Part shown: positions 39,565 to 49,100 of the stretch, piece after piece | Position numbering within the stretch: the first letter of the stretch is position 1 | How the letters are laid out: each line of letters opens with the position of its first letter | Assembly: GCA_027451965.1 (NCBI GenBank) | Contig: DAIDHJ010000001.1 | Span: forward strand, 162,368-226,367 | From: Candidatus Adlerbacteria bacterium | Lineage (GTDB): Bacteria; Patescibacteriota; Minisyncoccia; Phycocordibacterales; SBAW01 | Length of the DNA: 64,000 nt | Direction of reading: 5' to 3' | Position numbers and translations under genes: made by a program | The notes under the pieces: generated by a model | Told to the model about the DNA's origin: nothing | Database searches by the model: none | What the model saw: the letters and a program-made list of their open reading frames with translations, nothing else

Positions 39565-41712
39565 CTACTCCAAATGCATCGTCTGCGCACGATGGAGTAG
39601 TGCTCGTGCGAGAAGCGGATGTTTTTGCAGTGTTTCATCTTGCTCAACTAGTGTGAATGCTTCTGTACGAGCCGCTTCTACCAGTTTAAGATTTTTTAAT
39701 GCTTCCATACCGATATCTGAAATACCCCACTGCTTCCTGCCGGAAAGTTCTCCCGGACCTCTCTGTAGCAGATCTTGCTCAGCAAGGGCAAACCCATTTT
39801 TTGCTGTCACGAGATGTTTCAGGCGTGCTAATGGTAAGGCACTTTTTGTCTGCGGACAGATAAAACAATACGCTTGATGGGTACTCCGGATCACTCTGCC
39901 ACGCAACTGATGCAGTTGTGCAAGACCGAACCGTTCTGCTCCTTCGATAAGGATAATCGTTGCATTCGGTACATTTACGCCTACTTCCACTACTGACGTA
40001 GCTACGAGTATGTCGCTATCGTGATTAGCAAATGCCTGCATCACCGCATCTTTTTCTGCCGGCTTCATTTTTGAGTGGAGTATCGCAATGCGATATTCGG
40101 GAAACACTTCCTTTTGTAATCGTTTTGCTTCTTCTTTTACTGACTTAGTAAGCAATGCGAATGCTTTTTCTGGGTCCGGCTCATCAATGCGCGGACAAAT
40201 GACGTATGCTTGGCGCCCTGCTTGGAGTTCCGTACGGATAGTCTCGTACATCTTTTTTCGTTGCTCGGGCTTGATAATGTCTGTAATCACCGGCTTGCGT
40301 CCTGGCGGCATTTCATCAAGCAATGTCAGATCAAGGTCTCCGTAAATAGTAAGAGCGAGCGTGCGCGGAATTGGTGTGGCAGTCATGGAAAGCAAGTGAG
40401 GTATGCGTGTTTCCTTGCGCGCGAGTGCACGTCGTTGATTGGTGCCGAATCGATGCTGTTCATCAATAATCACGAGTGCCAAATGTTTCCACTGCACACT
40501 TTTTTGAATGAGCGCATGGGTGCCGATAAGGATCGGTATTTCCCCGTTTGCCACCCATTTCAGTAGTTGGGCACGAGAAATCGTGGTCGCCTTGTTTTTT
40601 GAAATCTTTGACGGGAATTTATAACATCCGCTTCCGGTAATAAGGCCGATATTGATGGGAAACGATCGAAAGTAGGAAATAAATGATTCAAAATGCTGCT
40701 TTGCAAGAATTTCGGTAGGAGCCATGTACGCCACCTGCAGCGTGCCGAATGTCTGTCCTTGCGGACGAGTAGTGACCGCGGCATAGGAAATGGTTGCTGC
40801 TACTGCAGTTTTTCCGCTTCCCACATCTCCTTCAAGTAATCGGGACATAGGATGTCCTTGTGCCATATCTTTGAGGATGGCAGCAATGGCATGTTTTTGT
40901 GCGCGGGTGGCAGAAAAAGGAAAATCGTTCATAAATGAATCCACCATTTCTTTACTGGGTTGTATGCGAAAACTTTGCTGATGGGATTGTTTCCGGCGTT
41001 CCTGTCCAAGATGTAATTGGATAAGGAATACCTCTTGAAATGCAAACCGTTTTCGGGCAGCTTCGGCATTTTTTAACTCTTTTGGCATATGAATCCATAG
41101 CAACGCTGTTTTCAGTGTCGGCAGGTGATAGCGACTTACGATATCCTCAGGTATAGGATCTTCTATTGTTTCAATCACTCCGCTGTGCGTGATTCGTTCA
41201 AATGCATGACGAAACCATAAGGAGGTGATGCCGCGGCTTTCTGGATAAATAGCAAAGAGCTCTTGTGCTTCTCCCTCCTGTGACGAAAACATGCCTGTGT
41301 CGGCAGGTGAGATGCGTTCAAGATTGGGGTTTGCCACATATAACTTATTTGCAGAGCCGGTTACTTTTCCTGTTACGCGCACATGCATGCCATCAACGTA
41401 CATTTTTGCAATGTAGGGTTGATGGAACCACATGAGCGCAATGCGCCCGGTTGCGTCACGAAGATATCCTTGTGAAATTGGAATCTTGTGCTTCCATGAT
41501 TTTTTGGTCTCAAGCTTTTCAAGCGTACCTACAAGGGATACGGATGCGCCAGGAGTAAGACTGTCTATTTGTGTTGCCGATCCGCTCTCCTCGTACCGGG
41601 AAGGAAAATGAAACAGTAGATCTTCTATCGTCTCGATACCAAGCGTGTGAAGCGCTTCTTTCTGGAGCGCAGTCAGGCGGAAATGATCGGAAAGCGGATC
41701 ACTGAGTTGCAT
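39565..41712 (-). CDS. recG: ATP-dependent DNA helicase RecG
   Basis: N-terminal wedge/OB region, helicase motif I DVGSGKT, motif II DEQHRFG, and later LSMTATPIPRTL and QLHQLRGRVIR. Confidence 0.9.
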   Translation of the reverse strand: MQLSDPLSDHFRLTALQKEALHTLGIETIEDLLFHFPSRYEESGSATQIDSLTPGASVSLVGTLEKLETKKSWKHKIPISQGYLRDATGRIALMWFHQPYIAKMYVDGMHVRVTGKVTGSANKLYVANPNLERISPADTGMFSSQEGEAQELFAIYPESRGITSLWFRHAFERITHSGVIETIEDPIPEDIVSRYHLPTLKTALLWIHMPKELKNAEAARKRFAFQEVFLIQLHLGQERRKQSHQQSFRIQPSKEMVDSFMNDFPFSATRAQKHAIAAILKDMAQGHPMSRLLEGDVGSGKTAVAATISYAAVTTRPQGQTFGTLQVAYMAPTEILAKQHFESFISYFRSFPINIGLITGSGCYKFPSKISKNKATTISRAQLLKWVANGEIPILIGTHALIQKSVQWKHLALVIIDEQHRFGTNQRRALARKETRIPHLLSMTATPIPRTLALTIYGDLDLTLLDEMPPGRKPVITDIIKPEQRKKMYETIRTELQAGRQAYVICPRIDEPDPEKAFALLTKSVKEEAKRLQKEVFPEYRIAILHSKMKPAEKDAVMQAFANHDSDILVATSVVEVGVNVPNATIILIEGAERFGLAQLHQLRGRVIRSTHQAYCFICPQTKSALPLARLKHLVTAKNGFALAEQDLLQRGPGELSGRKQWGISDIGMEALKNLKLVEAARTEAFTLVEQDETLQKHPLLARALLHRAQTMHLE

Positions 41713-41729
41713 CTCTCAATTATATTTCA

Positions 41730-42323
41730 TTGTTTTATCACAGGCGCGCGTGGTATATTTTTCCTATGACACCAGAACATAAGACGCCGCTCGGCGAATC
41801 AGACCATATTCCAGAAGTAGTATTTAAGACCCGGGAAGGGGATAAAGCAGTATGCGGAGATCATAGCGGACAGTGGAAGGATCTTGCTACTGCAGACATT
41901 GCCAGTGGAAAGAAAATCATTATTTTTGGACTACCTGGCGCATTTACTCCAACTTGTTCTAGTACGCACTTGCCCGGATATGAAGCAAAGTACGACACAT
42001 TTAAAGAACTTGGTATCGATGAAATTTACTGTACTTCTGTGAATGATGCTTTTGTCATGGAACAGTGGGGAAATAGTCTTCGAATAGAGAAAGTAAAAAT
42101 GCTTCCTGATGGGAATGCAGAATTTGCACAAAAAATGGGTCTTCTTGTCCAAAAAGAAAATCTTGGTTTTGGGTATCGATCATGGCGTTACAGCATGCTA
42201 GTGGAGGACGGCATAATCAAAAAGATCTTTATTGAGCCGGGTATGGCGGATAACTATCCGCAAGATCCGTTTGAGGTATCTGATGCAGATACTATGCTCG
42301 CGTATCTCAAAGGAAATCAATAA
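41730..42323 (+). CDS. Peroxiredoxin (Prx5-like, AhpC/TSA family)
   Basis: IIIFGLPGAFTPTCSSTHLPGY…IYCTSVNDAFVMEQW (peroxidatic Cys in PGAFTPTC). Likely start MTPEHK at 41766. Confidence 0.8.
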   Translation: MFYHRRAWYIFPMTPEHKTPLGESDHIPEVVFKTREGDKAVCGDHSGQWKDLATADIASGKKIIIFGLPGAFTPTCSSTHLPGYEAKYDTFKELGIDEIYCTSVNDAFVMEQWGNSLRIEKVKMLPDGNAEFAQKMGLLVQKENLGFGYRSWRYSMLVEDGIIKKIFIEPGMADNYPQDPFEVSDADTMLAYLKGNQ

Positions 42324-42365
42324 ATTTTTGGCGGCCACGCACTTTTGGTGTAGGGTATAGGACAC

Positions 42366-42452
42366 GGAGGCGTGGCTGAGCGGTCGAAAGCAGCAACCTG
42401 CTAAGTTGTTGAGGGGGAAACCTCTCCGAAGGTTCGAATCCTTCCGCCTCCG
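42366..42452 (+). tRNA. tRNA-Ser (anticodon GCU), class II with long variable arm
   Basis: GGAGGCG…anticodon loop CU-GCU-AA…long variable stem-loop…GGTTCGAATCC…CGCCTCC-G. Confidence 0.85.
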
Positions 42453-42545
42453 CTGACTAGTGAGCCCGTGTTTTAAGACCTTTTTCCATTGGCTTGTCGG
42501 GCCAAGGAACTCAGTCAGAGCACTAAAACAATTTATAATAATGTT

Positions 42546-43202
42546 ATGAAGAAATTCCTCTTCATCATTCTTTTGACAATTGTTGGAGTTGCTGTATTTG
42601 TTCTGATTCTCTATACAGCACTACTCGCCTATATTACCAACAAGGCAGAACAGGATACGAAAGTAAAATCTGAGGTCATCTTAGTTCTGGGTGGAGAAGC
42701 CATAAGTGGTATTTCCTGCTATGGTCCTATATGCCAACACGGCTTTGTCCCGCATCCTCAACTGAACCCGTGCCTGGTCGCACGAGTAGATCATGCAGTT
42801 TCTCTCTACAAAGGTGGTTATGCTCCAAAAATTCTTATGTCCGGCGGAACCGACGCGAATACCAATGTGAATGAGGCCGAGACCATGAAGAAAATTGCGA
42901 TTGATGCCGGTGTTCCCGAAGCGGATATTTTGATGGAAACAAAATCAACCTCAACATACGAAAACTTTCTATTTTCTCAAACAATACTTAATTCAGCTAA
43001 TTTACATTCTGTCATCATCGTTACCGATCCCTACCATAATGCGAGAGCCGCACTTGTGGCCTCAAAATTACACTATGACTATTCCTTGTCTCCAGATGTG
43101 GAAAGCACCTGTTGGGCTCAAGATAAAAATAATCCTTTCAATAGGGATTCTCTCAGAGAAGCTTCAGCGTTGATTGAATATAAACTCTTAAATGAAATAT
43201 AA
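42546..43202 (+). CDS. DUF218 (YdcF/SanA/ElyC-like) membrane-anchored protein
   Basis: N-terminal TM, then VILVLGG…ILMSGG…ETKSTSTYENF…VIIVTDPYHNARA, the DUF218 core. Confidence 0.6.
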   Translation: MKKFLFIILLTIVGVAVFVLILYTALLAYITNKAEQDTKVKSEVILVLGGEAISGISCYGPICQHGFVPHPQLNPCLVARVDHAVSLYKGGYAPKILMSGGTDANTNVNEAETMKKIAIDAGVPEADILMETKSTSTYENFLFSQTILNSANLHSVIIVTDPYHNARAALVASKLHYDYSLSPDVESTCWAQDKNNPFNRDSLREASALIEYKLLNEI

Positions 43203-43311
43203 AATAATCCCGCCGACGGTACGACGAGAGAGTTTTCGTATTCTTTTGCCTCCGCAGGAACGTGAGACCGTGTTTCGCGACCGTTTCCTTTGGACTTGCT
43301 ACAATCTCTCT

Positions 43312-43866
43312 ATGACCATCTACAGCAGCATTCTCGGCATCATCTGGGTCATATTCATTCTTGTATGGGTGATCGGTATGTTCTTTGCCAAGCGCACGGC
43401 ACGGCGCTCCTGGATGGGGATTTGGTGGCGACTCGCTATCATCATGAGCGTCATCGCGCTCGTTCATTTCTTACACGGCTCATCCTATCTCTCCGGCGCC
43501 GTGCACTCGCCCGCACTCAATAGTATCGGACTTATGCTTGCTGCACTCGGCGTCGCTCTCGCGATATGGGCGCGTTTCTATCTCGGATCCAACTGGGGCA
43601 TGCCGCTTACGGTCAAAGAAAATGCCGAGCTCGTGACGAGCGGCCCGTACGCTCACATCCGCCACCCGATCTACTCGGGCATTCTGCTCGCGCTCTTGGG
43701 CTCAAGCCTCGTCATTTGGTGGTGGGCTGTCATCTTTATCTGGTCATTCATATACTTCATCGCCTTCGCTACACACGGCGAAGAAGCGCTCATGTGTCAG
43801 GAATTCCCCGATACATATCCGACTTACAAAGCGAGAACCAAGCGCCTTATTCCCTGGGTGTATTAA
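43312..43866 (+). CDS. Isoprenylcysteine carboxyl methyltransferase (ICMT/PEMT)-family membrane methyltransferase
   Basis: LVTSGPYAHIRHPIYSGILL…HGEEALMCQEFPDTYPTYKARTKRLIPWVY. Confidence 0.65.
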   Translation: MTIYSSILGIIWVIFILVWVIGMFFAKRTARRSWMGIWWRLAIIMSVIALVHFLHGSSYLSGAVHSPALNSIGLMLAALGVALAIWARFYLGSNWGMPLTVKENAELVTSGPYAHIRHPIYSGILLALLGSSLVIWWWAVIFIWSFIYFIAFATHGEEALMCQEFPDTYPTYKARTKRLIPWVY

Positions 43867-43924
43867 GTTTAAATAATAGACTTTTTAAATCTATTTGATA
43901 TTAAGAGGATTGTAATCATAAAAA

Positions 43925-43953
43925 GACCTCGCCATTATGGGCGGGGTCTTTTT
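43925..43953 (+). terminator. Rho-independent terminator
   Basis: gacctcgcc-attatg-ggcggggtc followed by ttttt. Confidence 0.6.
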
Positions 43954-43974
43954 GAATGTTGAAGGTGTGCAGTT

Positions 43975-44126
43975 TTATCTGCCCATCTCTCTGTTTGCAG
44001 CTTGTGCTTTGAGGTTTGCCTCCATTTGTGATGTGCCAGTATGAACGACACCAGCATTGTCACCTGCGAAGAAGGATTTCTGTCCTTCAGCGTTTGGTTG
44101 AGTTTTCTCGGTTGCTGTCTCCATGC
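43975..44126 (-). CDS. Possible unlisted small ORF (49 aa, hydrophilic)
   Basis: AAGGTGG lies 7 nt upstream of the ATG. It reads METATEKTQPNAEGQKSFFAGDNAGVVHTGTSQMEANLKAQAANREMGR. It is below the track cut-off. Confidence 0.2.
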
Positions 44127-44357
44127 CCATTCCACCTTTCAGATCTTTTCTGCTGACATTCTTACGAACGTAAGGTATCTGTAAAGAAATATGCCATGAT
44201 ATATTTTTTATGTCAAAGCTACCCTGTATATTTCAAAAATAGCTTATAAATTCGCTCGACAATATCTTTATTGAATCTTACTAAAATATATATCCGCTAA
44301 CGGGAAGCTATACTAGATTCAGTTACTTATCGATATAATTTAAAACAGATAACAATA

Positions 44358-45254
44358 ATGAAAATAGCAATTACAGGGGGATCTGGTTTTGTTGGATCTA
44401 AATTAGCAAAGCTTCTAGTGCGAGATGGACACCAGATTCTCTCATTGGATCACGCTGCTCCTAAGAAGCAGATAGAACAGGTTCACTACATAAAAACAGA
44501 TCTTATACATGATCTGCCGATTGAGGAGTATCTATCATGTGATGCTGTTATACATTTAGCGGGAGTAAACATTTTTGGTCGGTGGACCCCAGCATATAAA
44601 AAACTCATAGTGAGTAGTCGAGTCGAAACCGCAAAAGCATTAATACAAGCTGTTAAAAATGCTGGTAAGGGGCCTGGCGTATTTGTAAGTGCTTCGGCTG
44701 TTGGTTATTACGGTGATGGGGGAGAAGAAGTCTTACTGGAAGGCTCTCCAAATGGTCGTGATTTTTTAGCACAAGTGTGTAAGGAATGGGAGCAAGTAGC
44801 AGCAGCATCACAGAATGCTGGTATGCGATGGGTCTCTATTCGTACGGGCATTGTACTTGGTCCAGGAGGTGGCATGTTAGCAAAATTATTACCCATATTC
44901 AGATGGGGATTAGGTGGATCTATAGGAAATGGTAAGCAGTGGTTTTCTTGGATTTTTATGGATGATCTCTTGCGAGTGTATAAGACGGTGACCCTCGATC
45001 CTAGTTTTTCTGGTCCGGTAAATGCAGTATCGCCCCATCCAGTGAGAAATAAGGAACTAACAAAAGCGTTAGGAAGGGTTCTTCATCGACCAGCATTTTT
45101 TTTAATTCCTAATTTTTTACTAAAACTTGTTATGGGTGAGCTAGGGAGCGTCATAACTATGAGTCAGAAAGTAGTACCAGAAATATTAGTTGCTCATCAT
45201 TTTGAATTTTTAACTCCTTCTATTGATCAAGCACTGCAAGAAAGTGTCTGCTAG
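44358..45254 (+). CDS. NAD(P)-binding epimerase-family protein, YfcH/SDR39U1-like (TIGR01777-type)
   Basis: MKIAITGGSGFVGSKLAKLL… Rossmann N-terminus, with a C-terminal DUF1731-like segment. Confidence 0.7.
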   Translation: MKIAITGGSGFVGSKLAKLLVRDGHQILSLDHAAPKKQIEQVHYIKTDLIHDLPIEEYLSCDAVIHLAGVNIFGRWTPAYKKLIVSSRVETAKALIQAVKNAGKGPGVFVSASAVGYYGDGGEEVLLEGSPNGRDFLAQVCKEWEQVAAASQNAGMRWVSIRTGIVLGPGGGMLAKLLPIFRWGLGGSIGNGKQWFSWIFMDDLLRVYKTVTLDPSFSGPVNAVSPHPVRNKELTKALGRVLHRPAFFLIPNFLLKLVMGELGSVITMSQKVVPEILVAHHFEFLTPSIDQALQESVC

Positions 45255-45314
45255 TAATAAAAATACAATCTTGTATTCCTCATAGAACGTATTGGTATGA
45301 AAAGTGCCGATGAA

Positions 45315-45863
45315 TCATCGGCACTTTCGAACATGTAACCCGCACTCTACTGTGGTTTTTTTGCCGGGGAATCCGGAAGGGTGTATCGGTAGGGCATGTT
45401 GAATAAGGTACAGAGCTGCTTCTGTTTGGGTCATACGCAGAAGGGGGTAGATGCATATACGACCATTTTCCGCTTCTGCGTGTTGAATTGTTGATCGGAA
45501 GCTGCTCTGGTCTCCACGAACTCCATACAGCACTGCTCGTGCATTGTATGTATCGAGTATGCGCTGCATCTCACCCGGTTTATCCTCTGCTTTATAACTG
45601 GGTATAGTAATACCAAACCAGTTAGACAGCGTTTCCTTGTACTGCCTATTTTCTGGTGTTACATCAGCAGACTCAAGATGAATGATAGGAATAGGGTGTT
45701 TGCTTTGCAGCACCATATGCAGCAGTATCGCCGAATTGGTGCCAAAACTTGTACTCATGACGAGTAGATTCCCAAATATCTTACAGGCACTCTGTATGAT
45801 TTCTTGGGGATTTTTCTGGAGCCAGTAAACGTGCAAGTCTGCAGCGTTCTCAGTGGTATTCAC
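45315..45863 (-). CDS. PAPS-reductase-family (PP-loop) protein, short form lacking the C-terminal Cys pair
   Basis: LVMSTSFGTNSAILLHMV…IPIIHLESADVTPE and …ICIYPLLRMTQTEAALYLIQHALPIHPS parallel the CysH SFG…S / …NPLxxWT… blocks. Confidence 0.55.
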   Translation of the reverse strand: MNTTENAADLHVYWLQKNPQEIIQSACKIFGNLLVMSTSFGTNSAILLHMVLQSKHPIPIIHLESADVTPENRQYKETLSNWFGITIPSYKAEDKPGEMQRILDTYNARAVLYGVRGDQSSFRSTIQHAEAENGRICIYPLLRMTQTEAALYLIQHALPIHPSGFPGKKTTVECGLHVRKCR

Positions 45864-45946
45864 GTAATCCTCCTGTTAGGAAGCGTCCTTCTGCATGATA
45901 ACGACCAGTAATTGTATTGGCAATACACTTTTTCAAAATAAAAATC

Positions 45947-46094
45947 TTGAAATTATACAATGTACACGTATGATGTAATTGGGCGAGGTAAGACTGTTAC
46001 TGTCCCTACAGATGCTCTGTCTGTTCTGGACCAAAGAGTAATTGTATGAACCTCGTCCGCCACTTTCCGGCGCACTGCATAGTGCGCCTTTTTA
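45947..46094 (+). ncRNA. Candidate small RNA: promoter-like TTGAAA-N16-TATGAT, then ~100 nt, then terminator ggcgcact-gcat-agtgcgcc plus tttttat
   Basis: Elements read from the sequence in an ORF-free 280-nt gap. There is no upstream + strand gene to terminate. Confidence 0.2.
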
Positions 46095-46142
46095 TATAGC
46101 TTCAAATCTTGCCATAGCAGGCAACAGTGGTACGATTCGTGT

Positions 46143-46427
46143 ATGTATACACCAATGCACTATGGATTTGGCATGTGGGACTGGATGGCAGTTCCTTTTA
46201 TCGGTCCATTGTTCGCAGTATTAGCAGTATGGAGTATTTTTTGGAAAGGTCTTGCACTATGGCATGCGGCACAACGCGATGAACCCTGGTGGTTTGTTAT
46301 TTTATTGGTTGTAAATACTGCCGGTATTCTGGATATTATTTACCTGTTTGCTTTCGCCAAGCTTACCTTCTCGACATTGTTCTCTTCAAGAATAAAAAAA
46401 CACACAGCAGTAAAAGATACACACTAA
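46143..46427 (+). CDS. Hypothetical small membrane protein
   Basis: Two hydrophobic segments, W-rich. Start ambiguous. Confidence 0.35.
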   Translation: MYTPMHYGFGMWDWMAVPFIGPLFAVLAVWSIFWKGLALWHAAQRDEPWWFVILLVVNTAGILDIIYLFAFAKLTFSTLFSSRIKKHTAVKDTH

Positions 46428-46443
46428 ATTTTTGTTCCAAAAA

Positions 46444-46471
46444 AAGACCTTGCCGCAGCAAGATCTCTTTT
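46444..46471 (+). terminator. Rho-independent terminator
   Basis: agaccttgc-cgca-gcaagatct followed by ctttta. Confidence 0.5.
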
Positions 46472-46708
46472 ACGAAGGTGGTGTTACTTGCTTTGGCTCT
46501 GTTGAGCCGCGGCCCGAAGAGATTTGAACGGTTCGTTTGTGCTGATGGGATATACCGTTCCTTGGCTATCCATTGCAAAACTCATAGACCGAAACCTCCA
46601 CCTGCAGTATATGTGCTAACTTCTTTTAAAACGGGGAAGTCTAACCGTATGCAGGAAAACATACCACAATACATAAGGATTGTGTAGTCCACTTATTTAC
46701 ACCTTCTA

Positions 46709-47383
46709 TTACTCTTTTGAGATACCAGGCGTATGTTCTGGAAGTATAGGAGCTGCTGGTGTAGTTGTTTTTGGAAGCACTAAATCAGGTACTGACAATA
46801 GCAATAGTCCGCTTGCGAATGATAAGAAGCCGGTAAGCACGAACACCATCTCAAATCCAAAAAATCGAGCAATCGTACCACCCACCAGTGCTGCAATACC
46901 AGAGAAAATACCTATAGTGGTGCTATCAAGAGACCAATCAAATGCATAATGATTTTTATCTAAATGACGAGAAAAAACTGCAGACCATGATGGAGTATAT
47001 AATCCATACGCGATACCTTGCACAATCATCAGGAGATATAATATGCCGATATTCGGCGCAAGCGGAAATGCCATAGCGGCAAATCCAGCAAGCATAAGAC
47101 CGGTGATAAGTGCATGCAGATCTAAATGGTCTTTGTCTTTCTTATCTAGATAGAGTGCTACGGGGATTTGAAAAAGGGCTTTAGTAATCCAATAAAACGC
47201 AGATGCAATACCAACGGTAAGTACCGTTGCACCAGCAATATGACCAATGACAAAGAGCGCAAAAATAGGGTTAATAAGACCCCATCCACCAAAAAAGAGA
47301 AGATCAGAAAGTACAAAGTATCGGATTACACGATTTACTTTCAAATCTGCAATATTGAAATGAATATCAACCTTTAGTCGCAT
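46709..47383 (-). CDS. Hypothetical 6-TM membrane protein (half-MFS-like)
   Basis: Hydrophobicity pattern only. Confidence 0.4.
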   Translation of the reverse strand: MRLKVDIHFNIADLKVNRVIRYFVLSDLLFFGGWGLINPIFALFVIGHIAGATVLTVGIASAFYWITKALFQIPVALYLDKKDKDHLDLHALITGLMLAGFAAMAFPLAPNIGILYLLMIVQGIAYGLYTPSWSAVFSRHLDKNHYAFDWSLDSTTIGIFSGIAALVGGTIARFFGFEMVFVLTGFLSFASGLLLLSVPDLVLPKTTTPAAPILPEHTPGISKE

Positions 47384-47387
47384 GAAT

Positions 47388-48131
47388 CTATCCTTGATAG
47401 CGTACCGGAATACTGGTGAATCCTTCCTTTGTCACAATTACATGATCAATAAGATCGATACCTAGAATGGCACCTGCATTAATGAGTTGTTTGGTAATTT
47501 CATAATCATTACCACTTGGCTCCGTAGATCCTGATGGATGATTATGTACCAGAATGACTGCAGCTGCAGAGTATTCAAGTGCTGGTTTAAATACTTCTCG
47601 TGGGTGTACGATGTTTGCATCTACCGTGCCAATTGAAATTGTTTCTGCGTGAATCACTTTATAGTGCGTATTGAGGTACAGTCCGCGCAAATGTTCTTTT
47701 GGTAGATCGCGCATATCTTGTACATACTCAAATACTTCCCGTGCAGTACGTATAACTGGAGTCGCGGCGCTATTCTTTTCAAAAAATCGTCGTCCGAGTT
47801 CTCCAACCGCCACGATTTGAATAGCCTTTCCAATAGGGATAGTAAGATCCTCAGATAATTTTTTTGGATCCTTTGCGTGCATGATACTCTGCTCGCTGTA
47901 CTCGTTTATGATTCGAGTCGACATTGCTAATACCTCTTCTTTTTTTGAGCCGGTATTTAAAATAGCAGCCAAAAGTTCTTTTGTAGAAAGTACGCCAGGT
48001 CCATGCAATAGCATCTTCTCGCGAGGTTTTTCTTCCGCTGGAAGGTCGCGTACTTTTAAGATGTATCGCCGCTCTGCGTTATCGAGGATTAAGTGGGATT
48101 CGGTCAACGTATATAGCGTATCGGGTTTCAT
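47388..48131 (-). CDS. radC: RadC-family (JAB/MPN) protein
   Basis: N-terminal HhH-like segment, and a C-terminal LVHNHPSGSTEPSGNDYEITKQL JAMM-like motif (HNHPSG…S). Confidence 0.8.
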   Translation of the reverse strand: MKPDTLYTLTESHLILDNAERRYILKVRDLPAEEKPREKMLLHGPGVLSTKELLAAILNTGSKKEEVLAMSTRIINEYSEQSIMHAKDPKKLSEDLTIPIGKAIQIVAVGELGRRFFEKNSAATPVIRTAREVFEYVQDMRDLPKEHLRGLYLNTHYKVIHAETISIGTVDANIVHPREVFKPALEYSAAAVILVHNHPSGSTEPSGNDYEITKQLINAGAILGIDLIDHVIVTKEGFTSIPVRYQG

Positions 48132-48182
48132 ATAACTGTTATTTTTATAGAAAGTATACCACTGATTTGGTACACTATACGT

Positions 48183-49058
48183 ATGAAAAAGCCTATTTTG
48201 CTCATTATTGGACTTCTCTTAATCGGTGCTGGAGTGTATCTAGTGGTTGCCAACCATCTGACACCAAATACCGCAGCCCCTTCGGCAAATATCGTCTCTT
48301 ATGCGTGTGATGGAGGTAAAACGATAGCGGCAACCTATGCCAGCAGCAGTGTTGCTATCGCGCTTTCCGACGGCAGATCTCTTACTCTTCCACAAACCGT
48401 TTCTGGATCAGGTATTCGATATGAACAAGGTGCGGGAACCAATCAGGACGTTGTGTTCTGGAGCAAAGGAGATAATGCGTTTCTTACTGAAAACAATGTC
48501 ACTACGTACGATAACTGCGTGGCAGGGACTACCACGACACAAGGAGGAACTGCTACATTTACTGATCAAGGGAAGACGTTTAGCTTTGCGTATCCGACTA
48601 TATTTACGGTGTCAGGAGGCGGAGTAGGGTATACCCAAAGTTGGATGCAGAACGCAACAACCTCAGGACTTATACTCGCACAGCTGCATATCCCTCGATC
48701 ATTCGAACCGAAAACAAATTTTGCCGAAGCGCTTTTCACCGTTGGTACCAGTGCTGATCCTGATGCAGTGAAAACCTGTCTTACTGCGCCGGGGGGTAGT
48801 ATGGTTACTTCATCGCAGATAACGATCAACGGTATTACCTATACAAAAATTACCTATGGCGATGCAGGAGCGGGGAATTTTTACGACACGACCAGTTATC
48901 GAGTAGTTCGTAACAACCAGTGCTACGCGATTGAATACACTATTCATTCAACTAACATAGGCAATTATTCACCCGACCAGGGTATCCTGCCGTTCGATAA
49001 GCAAAAAGTGCAGACCATACTCGAAAATATGGTGCATAGTTTCACTTTTTTGCAGTAA
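48183..49058 (+). CDS. Secreted protein with N-terminal MliC/PliC-like (lysozyme-inhibitor-fold) domain
   Basis: Signal peptide, then YACDGGKTIAATY…LSDGRSLTLPQTVSGSGIRYEQ…WSKGDNAFL resembles the MliC Y-C-D…SGSGA-Y…KG.EA.L pattern. Confidence 0.45.
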   Translation: MKKPILLIIGLLLIGAGVYLVVANHLTPNTAAPSANIVSYACDGGKTIAATYASSSVAIALSDGRSLTLPQTVSGSGIRYEQGAGTNQDVVFWSKGDNAFLTENNVTTYDNCVAGTTTTQGGTATFTDQGKTFSFAYPTIFTVSGGGVGYTQSWMQNATTSGLILAQLHIPRSFEPKTNFAEALFTVGTSADPDAVKTCLTAPGGSMVTSSQITINGITYTKITYGDAGAGNFYDTTSYRVVRNNQCYAIEYTIHSTNIGNYSPDQGILPFDKQKVQTILENMVHSFTFLQ

Positions 49059-49100
49059 CACACAAAAATCTTTTTAGAAGGTAATGGTATACTAACCTCG

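Noticed and set aside
46480-46708. Looked for 4.5S/SRP RNA, RNase P RNA or a tRNA in this 230-nt gap.
   Set aside because: The GATTTGAAC element is present, but no flanking stems form a T-arm or cloverleaf. No SRP domain-IV motif was seen.
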